From: Gnetum montanum
Taxonomy: Eukaryota > Plantae > Gnetophyta
Length of the DNA stretch: 64,000 nt
Assembly: GCA_015680685.1 (NCBI GenBank)
Contig: MNCI01001762.1
Span: forward strand, 1 to 64,000
Direction of reading: 5' to 3'
Position numbers and translations under genes: made by a program
Shown here: positions 13,900-25,922 of the stretch, piece after piece
How the letters are laid out: each line of letters begins with the position of its first letter
How positions within the stretch are numbered: position 1 is the stretch's first letter
The notes under the pieces: generated by a model
Seen by the model: the letters and a program-made list of their open reading frames with translations, nothing else
Database searches by the model: none
Told to the model about the DNA's origin: nothing

Positions 13900-15400
13900 G
13901 ATGTTGTAGCATACAAACTATTAGTAATTGAGCCATTGTACTTATTTCTTGCATACAAAAGAAGTATCTTGAAGAAGCGAAGCAAGACTAGCCTAATAAT
14001 GATCGAGCCACTATTTGAAGACAGCATGCTAATCTCGCCAAAGTTATGGATGAGGAAAGGGGTTGTAGAATTGTTAAAATTCTACATCATGCACTTCCAT
14101 GTGGTGATTTGGATAGACCTAGCATAAGAAGTAGTTTTGAGGGCTTTGGAGATAATCCTTCTTAGATTCTCTCTGGAGCACATAGAGATTATCTTTGAGC
14201 TATGGTCAGATATTGAGGAGCTGACCAAGGACATCCTAGTATACATGAAACACCTTTACAAGCTATGGAAGTATAGAAAATATTAGTAATTTAATGCTGA
14301 TAGTACATTACTATTGGGAATACAAATAACCTAAGTAATGTCTAATCCACTAGACATCCAAATCATTGTACATATGCAAGTTAGAGAAGATTTAGAGTTA
14401 AAAGAAAGTTAGCCTTTATTGCCTAAAGAAACTAACTTTGAATTTTATGGTATAGGTTTAATGATAAAGACATTCATAGCCCTGATTATATTAAATTCCT
14501 TTAAAATATATTACGAGATCTATCACAACATTAGAATTGGAGATCTCAAGTGATGCATTAATTTGATGTATAATACAAAAATCTAAAAATGCATAGGTTT
14601 TCAAGAGAGTGCGAAAATAGGAGGTGACTTCATCCATTATGGAATGAAGTTCATGGAGAGCATGCAAAATGGCCAAAGATGTCAAAGATTATCCTAAGGC
14701 TAAAAGGTAAGCAAAAATTTAAAGAGGAATTCTTATGTTTTCCTATTTTAAAGAGGAAAAGTTAGCTAATACAAGTTAATTCCTATTTGCAAGTCAAATA
14801 GACATTGATGAAGTCAAATTCATTGACGTCATAGGAGATGTAGAGGAGTATGAAGTGAGATCCACTAGTGAGACCCAAAGTGCCCAAAAGTGGCTTTTTG
14901 AAGGTGAAGGAGTTAAATAATTTGGAAGACTTAACAAGGTAGGGATTTTATATGCTTCAGGCCTAAAGCACCCATACCCTAGTGCATTAGAGTGTGTTGG
15001 ACTAATAAAGAGTTATGTAGCCAACAAGATGGTTTTTATAGTTCATGTAGGTCAAAAGTAAGTAATGATCACCTGGGATCTAGCTACACCGAGGTATTGG
15101 TTAGGCTTCCTCAAAAGATGAATAAAGATTAATAGCACCAAGTTGGATTCAATAGAGTAGTCAATAGTTGAGGAATGAGTGGGATCAAATAAGAGAGATG
15201 TAATAATGTCAATAAAGGGAATAATGAAGATCTAAAGAAGACTCTTCTACAATAAAATTGGAGAAAAATGAGAACTAGCCCCTACAAGGTTATATAGGTT
15301 GTTTGGGGCTATGTTCCAAGGAAGGGTAGTCAACTAGGGACTAGCGATCTTTCAAGGGGTAGTTGTGAAGATACAAAAACTACCTCAAGAGGACAAGAAA
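13900..15400 (+). pseudogene. Antisense accessory gene of Tat element A (FCP1/NIF-like exon followed by a PMD-like region), decayed
   Basis: Acceptor TTTTTATAAG|G at 13899. Read-through gives KLLVIEPL...LWMRKGVVELLKFYIMHFHVVIW...VYMKHLYKLW...FNADSTLLL...VMSNP. The 14790-15350 segment (AQKWL...LIKSY...VEE*VG...VVN*G) aligns by eye with the element B gene. Confidence 0.65.
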
Positions 15401-17499
15401 AGGAAAAATAAAATGTTGAGCAAAAGATGAATTTTTGATTTTATTATGGTTTAGTAACAATAGTGGTAGCTTTGTTTACCCATAGCATAGAAGAATAAAT
15501 CAATGTTACCTCAGAAGTAGACATCAGGCCTTCCTTGTCCCAACACTTAAGGAGTTTGATGTCTACTTACAGCATTGGAGGAGGAGGTCTTTTGGCATTA
15601 GAGTCAAAGACTAGAGGATAGGTTGGATCTTTGGTGTATGAAAGCATTGAAAAGACCCTAAAGAAAATAAGTAGTAATGTTGAAGTATCGAAGGAGGTAA
15701 TTGTGAAGAGCACCTCTAGAACTATGAATAAAAGAAAAGCATAGAGAAAAAGAAAGACTTTTCCTGAGGAAGAGATTAGTTTAATGATGTTAGAAATTGA
15801 CATCTTCAAGAAGAGCGTAGAGGAAAAATTAAGTACTTTACATTAATTTTGGGTGTTGGATCAGTTTCATATGCTTAGCACTCAACTTCTTTTGTGAATT
15901 CAAGAATTGCAATTCCATGTGATTAGTTAATAACAAAAATTCTTTGTTATTAAAAAATAAGAAATACACAAAACATTCCATTGAGGATGACACATGGGCT
16001 AGGTAATGTCCTCATTAGTTTCTTTTCCATCTTGATTCCTGAAGGTAGGTAATGCAAATTATTTGTCTTTTGATTCGTGGTGTCAGTAATTTCAAAGGTA
16101 TTTTTATTAAAAGTACAAATGTTCTAGGTTGCCATTTGAAACTTCTATCACTAATCTAGCTTCTTTACATGCATCTATCCTAATGTGGGAAACCTTGTTT
16201 ACTTTTCACAACATATAGATGATGATGTTACCCATTCTTTTTATAGGAAACCCTAACAAGCCCTTGCTCATTTTCCACATAAACCAGGCCCTATGACTGC
16301 TGTGCATTACTTCTGGGAAACTCTTTGCAAAATCCAATAACTAACCTAACACTAACCCTCTTTTCGTATTTAAGCTTGAGACTGATATTGGAAAAAATGA
16401 ATTTTTTATAATTCTTTTATTCTGATAATTGTATAAGTTATTTGTGTGAGGATAGAGGATATGATACATGTAGTAATATTTCCAAGAATGATGGTATATA
16501 AAACTCAAGCACACACATACAATGCAAAATCAAACACAGTTAAATTTGAGATCTTAAAGTGGGTAAATAGATAGTAAAATTGATTTGGTTTTCATGTGTA
16601 TGATATATTATTTAGATTTATGGATAGGCTCTCCTAGACTATGATAGAGAAAATATTATTTAGCAAATGTTAGAGAAAAGTAATTGTGAAAGGAAACAAA
16701 AGCTAAACTACAAGTACATTACTTAGGTAAAACTTTGGTAACATCAAAACTAACATCACCATCTTTAATAGAATTCATGGTTGCTTGTAGGATGTAATTA
16801 TTTTTCATTTGTATAAATGAAATTTCAATATTTAAATACCATTCATGTATTTTTTTATGAGCATGCTAAATGTGTAGATTGCCTTTCCTTTTTTTTCATT
16901 TAAAAGAGTTAAGAATAAAGAATAATGTTAAATCAATGTGAGTTTACAAAGATTTTAATAATCATGAAGTTTATAAATGACATAAAAGTAAAAAATGTAT
17001 CTAAACATAGCATGAAGTACATACACATATGAATGAATAAAATCTCTTGAATATTATCTTTTACTTAAGGAAACTGAAAAGAACATTCTTGTTGAGGGCA
17101 TCGGTATCAGAGTGATGTGATGACTACAAATTGTATGAGCTAGGAACTTGTAACATTAGTGGTCACTAGTAATTATATGAAGTGCTATTTGAATTAAGCC
17201 AAATAACTTGGATGCATTCTAAGAAAGGTAGTAGACATAAGCTAAAAAATGATAGTAAGTATAGTTGTTGTTGTTGTTGCTTTTTAAAAAAATAATGAAT
17301 TTATCAGCTCATCATGATTAAGTTGGGAAATGAAGTAATATTCACTAACTAATATAATATGTGTGAAGTTAAGGGGGTGGTAGTATTGAGGAGGATGGAA
17401 AGGGGACAAGGACAAAGAAAATTGAACATAATAATAATGCTGCAAAAGTAGAGTATTAATTGGATGTTTCAAGCTATTTAAATGATTGATATTGCAATG

Positions 17500-18450
17500 A
17501 GGCCTATGATTAGGGAATTGAAATTAAAGTAAATCAAAAGATCTACAAGTGGGTCCTTCCTAGAGGAGGCTTATGCATAATATTCCTTTTCATAATCTCA
17601 TCACAAGGAGTCCATAGGCACCTAGGATGATGAATTTTTGTTTTAAGTTAAACTCCATATCCATGTAAGGGAGTGTATTAGGATTATATAAACTATGAAG
17701 AAAAACTATTAATTTACCATGGCATGAGGTAGTGAGGTGAGAGAAAATGGAGTGTGTAAATGGTAAATAGAGAACCTTAGATGAATAAGATACATCATGG
17801 TGGCATGGAATCCTTATTAAAATATGTGATTAAGATGATATGATATTGGTCTGTTTGAGTCTAGATCAAGTCCTTTCCAATTATAGTAATCTCACATTGA
17901 TGTATTCCTTCTCTCCTATGATCAAGAGCCTAAGGAATCACAAGGGACAACCATCAATCCTAAAAAAGAAGAAAAGAGAAGAAGGAAGTAGGTAGGGTCT
18001 TAGTCAAAGGGGTGCCTTTAGGCATGGATAACATGTCTTTCTAACATCATAACCAATGCTTGTATCCCATGAAATTGTCAAAGTGATATGCTTTAAACTT
18101 CCATGTTATTTTTTTTACAAAAATCACATCATACAAAGACATACTTCGTTTTATGGTTAACAATAGGAGTGATGATATACCAATGAGGAGTCATAAAACT
18201 TAAGAAGGAAGTTAAGAAAAGAACATAATAAGTCCTTTTAAGGTCATATTCTTTTTCATTCCCACTTGGTGCATTCCTAGTTCATTGGATAAAAAGATCA
18301 CATGTTACTTTTAGTTTTTATGTGAATGAACCTTCATGTTTCCATGAGGTAGACTTCACATGAAATAGATGGAATGGGTGTATGTCCTAAACTCATTACC
18401 TAATATCATTAAAAAACTAACATACTAGTAGTATAGAACATAATCTAAAG
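17500..18450 (-). mobile_element. Fragment of the Athila-like non-coding region between pol and ORF2
   Basis: The reverse complement is colinear with ~47000-47950 (e.g. 17941-18070 vs 47380-47500). Confidence 0.75.
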
Positions 18451-18707
18451 GACAAAGTTGGTCTTTTGTAAACAATCATAACTTTAATAGCTACATTCAA
18501 AAAATTTTAAAATTCATACTAGCAACACTGATGTAGTTGTACAAAGACTCACTGAATGCTAGCAACACTACATATATCATATCAACATTCAATGTAGATG
18601 ATATTTAGAGATCCTCAAGAGAACCATTTGTGATTTGCATACCCCTTATGGTAAAAGGGCTTCTTTAGCTTCCACTAGGTCAAGATCCCCTTTTTTCATA
18701 AGGGTGT

Positions 18708-20448
18708 TGTAGCGACCAAAAATGTCAGTAGCTAGAACACCAAGGGGTTCATTGGTGCATAGCATTGACCCCACCTTTGTGTGAGGGCCTTTGCTAGGAA
18801 ACGAAGGTGGAGTGCCCTAGACAATCTTGCCAATCGAATAAGGACTTCACCAGCTACAATCAAGGTATCAGACACAACCAGGGGATGGTGTGGTTAGTTA
18901 AAAATGAGAGCATTGATGGTGTTCTCGGCAATATCAAGGCCAACTAGGCCTAAGCGTAGTAGGGTCTCGCAACACAAGAATAGTGGTGCAAGTGTGTGAA
19001 AAGCATGTAAAATAATGAAAAAAGTGTGAATGCAGTGCTAAATGTCAAAGAAAATGCTTAAAATGAAATGGAGATAATGCTTAAAATGCAAAGGAGTTTG
19101 GAAGAAAGAAAGGATGATACCACCCTAGACGAGGACCATAGTAATTATAAATGAGCTTTGCAGAGGTACACAGTGGTATGGATAGGCATAGTAGCAGCAT
19201 AGACAAAGTCTTCAAGGTGTCCCAAGGTGAAGACTAACATCCATTACAAAGTCTATGCCTACTAGGTTGGATGCCATAGTGTCTTGGAGGCTTGTGGTGC
19301 ATTCTGATGCTGAGTGGGACGCAAAGGGGTTGCCAAGGTGCTGATATGCTCTAGTGTATAGGGTGCTCAAGGTGCTTTAGGTGTTAAGTGGTGCTCTAAG
19401 ATGCTAACTACTCCTTGGATTTGCTAGCCAAATGCTTCAAATGCCCACTACTAGAATGAAATTCCCACCTTTAGAGTGTGGAATGTAGGGGTATTTATAG
19501 GCTTAAGGTTAGCACAAAGTGTGGATTGAGTGCCACGTGGCAAAGGGATAGGTGGATCTATGCTAACCTTTGCTATGCTCCTAGTGGGACAACTGGTGCT
19601 ATGCTTTGATGCATTTCATTGAATCCTAGGAGATTGCTAGACTGGCTACACTGCTAAGACTACATGTACCAAGATTGCAATGTACCTACAAATAGTGTAA
19701 TTTGGAGGCTATGCTCTAGGACTACATTCTCCCCTCTTTCGAGTGGGATTGAGTGTAGGTACAAATTTGGGACATAGAGGGGGAGGTACAAAAGGAGCAC
19801 AAGTTGTTGATCCTACTTTCCAGAGGGGTGTTGGAGCTAGAATGAAGGGCTGTGCTGAGCTCTAAAATCTTTTGAAGGTAGTTTTTTGTTGCTATGCTAG
19901 CTATGCTCTAGAGCATAGCACAACAATTGGGCAATTCTTGCAAAAACTAAAGTCCAGTGCTACTACACTTGCTATGCTAGAGAGCGTAGTAGGATGGGAT
20001 AGAGCATAGCACAAACACTTAGAAAAATCTGACAAAAATTACAATTCTTGTTCTTGCTACACTAGGTACACTCAAGAGTGTAGCAGGAGCGGTAGCTTCA
20101 GGAGTTAGAAAATGTACCAAATGCTTCTTCCATGCTGAGCTAGCTTGGCAACTTCTAGCTTGACATTAATGCAAACTGGCCACCAAAGTACTGCTACGTT
20201 AGAGAGTATAGCAAGAGGGATGTGAGTATAGAAAGACACTTTGAAAATTTTTGCAACTACTATTTGGCAGTTAGAAAATTTTGCAAATCTGGTTATGTTG
20301 AATGCTACGTTGGCTACACTCTAGAGCGTAGCCCTAGCAGTGGGATCATGGACTAAACACTTGGAAAACTTTACCTTGTTTTGACACTTGGACAAATTTT
20401 CCTGCAATGTTGTTGCCCAAATTTGGCAGTGTTTCAAGTGTTATCACA
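18708..20448 (-). repeat. 3' LTR of element B
   Basis: Minus-strand termini are TGTGA(20448)...CTACA(18708), preceded by a PPT-like AGGAGGCACT. TATA GCCTATAAATAC at ~19491-19502 (-). Segment 18708-19925 matches 36637-37836. The outer boundary at 20448 is inferred. Confidence 0.75.
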
Positions 20449-20459
20449 AGTGCCTCCTA
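20449..20459 (-). promoter_or_regulatory. Putative polypurine tract of element B
   Basis: Minus strand TAGGAGGCACT lies immediately before TGTGATAAC. Confidence 0.5.
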
Positions 20460-21530
20460 GGGATTTATCATTAAGGTTCCCTAGGCCATCATAGCCGAAC
20501 CAGCCATAGCCTCAGCAACTAACAAAATAATCCAACAACCTCCTATGATGACCAATGCTACCACATCTTCCTCGCAAGCAACAACTAACATCCAAAAAGC
20601 TTTAAATAAGCAAAATAAAAAGCCCCACAATAAGGGTCATAAGTACATGAAGGCACAAAAGGATGTGAACCCACCAAAGCCCACTCCCATATCGACTATA
20701 CCCATGACCTTGTTTTCCCAACCCACTCCAAACAACAAACCATAGGGGGATCCTAAAGCTCATGGATAGAAGAGCAAGGAGATGTCCCAACAATCATTAC
20801 CTAAGATCGAAGTACACATTTTGGGATGCATGGAGGAAATGAAGCACAATCAAGGCGATAAGCTCGTGGTCAACAAGAAAACCTTCCTCAATGCTATAAA
20901 TTAGGTAAGACAATAGCTTAAGCAAAATAATACTACTTTGGGCTTATACGAACTGATCATGACTTCTGCCATACATTGTGAGGTGTTACTCAAAATGTTG
21001 ACTTCTATCCCTATTGGTGAGGATATCCCCACTAACAAGGAATCCATCAATGTAGTGATGGTTCCTCCCACACCCAAGGAGGGGAAGTCAACACCTATAA
21101 TATTTCATGATAGCAAAATTAAGGTTAATCCCCAGGACAGAAAAATTACTAACGCTTCTCTATTCATTATCATACACATAGGGTAGTTTAACATGCATCA
21201 GGTGCATGTAGATGATGGTGTTGCTACTAATGTCAACCCATGAAGCATTATTGAACAATTCAGCTTGATAGAGAAAATACAACAAACATTGATAGTTGCT
21301 CTCAAGTCTTTTAATGGATCAAGGGTTACTGTCAAGGGGTCCATATCCTTAGATTTTGTGGTAGGGAAGCAATTCCTTGTTACTGCAAATTTCTTGATGC
21401 TAGAGAAGATAGCTTGGTTTAACCTTATCCTAGGAAGACCTTAGTTGGCTCAGTTACAAGCTGTGTCTTCTCCTATCCACCAAGAGATTCACCTTCCTTG
21501 TGAAGATCATCATTCATGGTGATAACTCGG
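20460..21530 (+). pseudogene. Inverted copy of a Tat gag-end/aspartic protease region
   Basis: ORF 20938-21186 read through gives LYELIMTSAIH...LFIIIHIG*FNMHQVHVDDGVATNV...FNLILGRP*L. Homologous to 33820-32830 (-). Confidence 0.85.
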
Positions 21531-22029
21531 TGTAGGTGCTCGAGACTCTGCACCAAGGATAGGAGCTTAGAAATCTAGCAAGATAGTAGGAAGCCATGCT
21601 GTTGGATGCACTTTGATGGTGAGGGCTGTAGGATGATAGTGCTATCGTTAGGCCACAGTACTGTTGGAACTCCCGTAGGTGGTGCTGATAGTGAGAGCCC
21701 CAACCACTGATGAAACACCTAAGGCTAGTGGTGCTTTTGGCATAGCTTGGGGGTGGTACTACTGGTGATGGTGGCGGTAGCTCTAGAAGGTTAGCAAAAT
21801 GCCTAAGGGCATTTTTGAAGGATCAACAAAATGCTAAGGGTGGCGATGCTAAAAATGTTCTAGAGAAGTTTTCTTGTCAATGTGAAGTCTATTCTAGAAC
21901 TGCAACACCCCACCCCACCTAGCACAATTATAGGTGGGCAAATGATGGAGAATAGAAAGTATTTACACTTTCTTGTCCATAGAACTATGGATGTTGAGCC
22001 ATGCATGCTAAATTGCTAACCCATTTTAA

Positions 22030-22405
22030 GGTCCAGGTAGACCATGATGTGCTAGTTTAACGTTGTAGCGAACGGTGGATGTTGTGCCACTTTAACATCA
22101 TGATGTAAGGACAAGTTGTGCTAGTTTATACTCATAGCCCAAGGACTTGCTGTGCTAGTTTAAATTCATAGTGGACTTGTTGTGCCAGTTGAATGTCGTA
22201 GTGGACAGGTGTGTTGTTGATGCCAGTTTAACGTTGTAGCCGAGGGATGATCTATGTCAGTTTAATGTTATAGTGGATGCTTTGTGCCAGTTTATTGTCA
22301 TAGCAAACTCTCTATGCTAGTTTATAGTCATAGTGGACTCTCTATGTAAGTTTATAGTCATAGCAAACTCTTTGTGCTAGTTTATAGTCATAGCCGACTC
22401 TTGCT
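22030..22405. repeat. Tandem array of ~30-35 bp units, core TG(C/T)(C/T)AGTTTA(A/T), downstream of the integrase of element B
   Basis: Repeats such as TGTGCTAGTTTAACGTTGTAGCG, TGTGCCAGTTGAATGTCGTAGTGGAC and TATGCTAGTTTATAGTCATAGTGGAC. Confidence 0.9.
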
Positions 22406-22449
22406 TACCTTACTTTGTCCTTGATGTGGCGTTGCGTGTTAGGAATAAT

Positions 22450-25400
22450 ATGGCTTTAGGTACCAATGATTGATTGGATTTGAAAACTCATTCCCATCTA
22501 GATTAGTAAGCTTGAACACTCCATTGTAATAGGCCTTGGTGACCAAGAAAGGCCCTTCCTAGTTGGCTGAGAATTTATCTGCAGATTTGTGAATAGCCTT
22601 GAAGACTAGGTCCCCTTCCTTGATCTAGTGCTGGTGCTAATTGTGGCGGTGCCTTTTCCATTACTTCTCTTAGTACCATTCGATGTGATCAAGTGTCTAC
22701 ATGCGCTCCTCCTCTATAGCGTCAAGGTCAATGGCTCTCAACTCATCGTTTTGAGCCTCATCAATGAAGCTCAAGAGGATCACATGGAGCGATGGGACTT
22801 GCAATTCAAGAGGTAAAATTGCTTTAGACCCAAATACAAGGCTATATGATGTCTTACCTGTTGCTGTTTTGTGTGCTATGTGGTAGGCCCATAGTGCGTG
22901 GACTAGCTACTCGTGCCATCATCGTTTGCTATTGCTAAGCATCTTCTTCAGAAGGTTGATCATGATCTTGTTTGTGGCCTCCGCTTGGTTGTTCACCTAT
23001 GGGTAGTATGGAAATGAGAAGGAATTCTTAATACCTAGGTATTTGCAGAAGGCTTTGATTTCTACACTGCTAAACTATGGCCTGTTATCTGTGACTATGG
23101 TCATGGGTAAACCAAATCATGTCACTATGTTATCAAGGATGAACTTGCAAACATGATGTGATGTGATCCTCTAAAGGGGAATGGCTTCAACCCACTTGGT
23201 AAAATATTCAATTGTGATTACGATGAAGCTATGCCTTGTAGAGGACTTAGGCATGATGGGCCCTATGATATCTAATCCCCAACATTGGAATAGCCACATG
23301 ATCTACATGGTGTGTGGTTTGGTAGGTGGCATGTCCATTAAGTTGCCATGTCGTTGACACACATCACACATCTTGACCTTGGAAATGCAATCGTGCTCCA
23401 TGTAAGGCCAATAGTAGCCTAGGCATCTGATTTTCAATGTCATTTCCCTAAGTGCTATATGGCCTCCGCATAGTTCCTAGTGGACATGATCAATGATCAT
23501 TTGTGCTTTGCTATTGCTAATGCATTTTAGCAATATGCCATCATAGGATCTGTGACATAATGTGTTGTTACCTACAATGGTGTACTACCACAAGCATTTT
23601 TGCACTACATCCTCTTGGGCAGTGATCAGATGCTATGGAGGCTCACCTTGTTGAAGGTATAACTTGATGTCATCATACTACTCTCGTGCATGTGTTGGGA
23701 TTGTTGTGGCTATGAATGCAATGTTAGTTACTTGCATGATAGGCTTAGTGCAATCTGTTACCAAGGTAGGTAAGGCATAAAACATATTAGGTGAAATGCT
23801 TAAAGCTAATGTGGCTAATGTGTCAGCGATGACATTCTCGTCACGAGGGATGTGTTGGATATCTATAGTTGCAAATCATCAGAGAAAATGCTTTGCCAAG
23901 TCACAATAAGGTTGTAAATGTTGTGCTTTATAAGCGTAAACCTCCATGACTTGGTTGATGACTAACTAAAAATTGCCTTGGATTGCTAGGTTTTGGATTC
24001 CTAGGTCACGAGCTGCTATAAGGCCTCTAAGGAGACCTTTGTACTTTGCTACATTGTTAGTGCAAGGAAATGTAAAATGATAACTGAAGGGTCAGATCTC
24101 CCTAGAGGGAAATGTCATTACTGTAGTGAAACTACCCCCTTGAGAGGTTGAAGCATCATTGAAGTATAAAATTTTCTTTAAGTTGGTAGGTACTTGACCT
24201 ATACTGCTAACATGCTCATCCAAGAATTCCATATTTATAGTTGCTTGATCATTTATTAGTGAAGCCCTGAGTCCTACGGCTATTACTTAACCTTTGGTTG
24301 ATGTTTGCACTATGTAGTGTAAATCAAACTTTGCAGTTATTACTTTCCATTGTGCAATTTGACTACTTTCCTACATATTTATTATGATTGCCTAGAGTAC
24401 ATTGCTTTTGCAAATGATGTTTACCTAGTTTCAGAAGAGATAATGCCTCCAGTTCTTAAGTGCAAAGACTAAGGCAAGGTTTTTCTTTTCCACATCATTG
24501 TGTTTTGCTTCATGGGCCACTGATGCATGGCCTAGGTAATATACGGGAACCTCTAAGCCATCATCTCACTTTTGGCAAAGTAGAGAAATGATGGACATCT
24601 CAAAAGTTACAAGGTAGATGTAAAAATGTTTATCTCCTTGTAGAGGGTAAACTATTGGAAGTTCAGCTAGCTCTTGTTTGAGGTTGTTGAATGCATCTTG
24701 GCATTGAGCTATCCACTTGAAGTGGAATCCCTTTTTGAGCAAACGTTGCATTGGCTGTAGCTTATCAGTTAATCATGCAATAAACTGATATATGAATTGA
24801 AATTTTCCTTGTAACGCACGTAGCTCCTTAAGGCTAGTTGGAGATGCTAAGTTGATGATGGTCCTAACCTTATCAGGGTCTATGCGTATGCCTATTTCTG
24901 ATACCATGAAACCTCGCATGCACTCCATCTTGACACTGAAGACATACTTCATAGGATTCAGCCTAAGGTCATGTCTAAGGCAGCATTTGAGTGCATTGTC
25001 TAAGTCATTTTCATGATTGTTTACCATTTTGAACTTTGCTGCTATGTCATCAATGTAGTCATTCAGCAAGTCTAACAAGTAGTCACTAAAGATGCACATA
25101 ATTTCATGTTGGTAGTTTACTCTTGGTTCTTTAGTCTGAAAGGCATAATTGTATAGCAAAATGTACCCCAAGGGTCATGAAGGTGGTACTAAGCTAGTGC
25201 TATGGGCTGATCCAAATCTAGTTGTAACCAAAGAACCCATCCATAAAGGATAACAATGCATGATCAACCATGATATCGACCAATTGATCGATACTGGGCA
25301 ATGGAAAATCATCTTTGATGGTTGCCTTATTCAGGTCTTGGAAGTCTATGCAAATGCGTATGCTTCCATTTTTCTTAGGTACAACCATGATGTTGGAGAC

Positions 25401-25922
25401 CAATTTGCATAGTCAATGACCTCGATCAAACAAGCGTTGTAAAGCTTGGTGATTTCATCACAGACTACCAACACTACCTCAATCCTAACCTTATAGTTTT
25501 ATGCAAGGGTGGAGGATGATATTGTGTTACACTATGCAAGGATTTAGGCCTAGCATGTCCTCATAGGACCATGCAAATGCCTTGATGTTGTCATTGAGTG
25601 TCTTTGTAATGCTTTGGGCATGTTGAGGCTCTAACAAAGAATTAAGTTTTAGTGTCTTTGCCTCATCGCTGAGTGTTGCTACATGGAATTTAATGAGGAA
25701 ATCCTCAATGATGTCACCTGCCTCTAGATCGAGAGCCCTAACTAGATGGTCAGGCCAACCTAGCAGTGCTTTTACGAATGTTATGTAGTCATCATAGGTT
25801 TTGGGCTCAAGGTCTAGGCATTGGACATCGATGCATTGGATGAGGTCAACATGAGGTTCAATGAGAACTAGAGGTGAATGGATGGACTTGTATGCACTCA
25901 TACTATAATCTTGCAACATATC
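22450..25922 (-). pseudogene. pol exon 2 of element B: RT - RNase H - aRH - integrase
   Basis: ORFs 25527-25919 (FAWSYEDMLGL), 25218-25403 (RICIDFQDLNKATIKDDFPLP), 24773-25171 (DYIDDIAAK) and 24566-24751. aRH reads LYFNDAS..FPCTNNVAKY..HIPRDENVIAD (~24180-23810). Integrase reads WGLDIIGP..IEYFTKWVEAIP. Confidence 0.93.

Noticed and set aside
19721-19741. Apparent PPT plus LTR start (GAAAGAGGGGAGAA-TGTAG), which would make 36637-37637 a shared LTR of a tandem element
   Set aside because: The two copies read CA and TG at this site, implying an ancestral CG rather than a fixed terminus. Homology continues past it, and a better PPT/TG boundary exists at 20448.
22030-22405. CRISPR-like repeat/spacer appearance of the tandem arrays (also 31840-32270)
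   Set aside because: The units are degenerate with no unique spacers, there are no cas genes, and the context is a eukaryotic retrotransposon.
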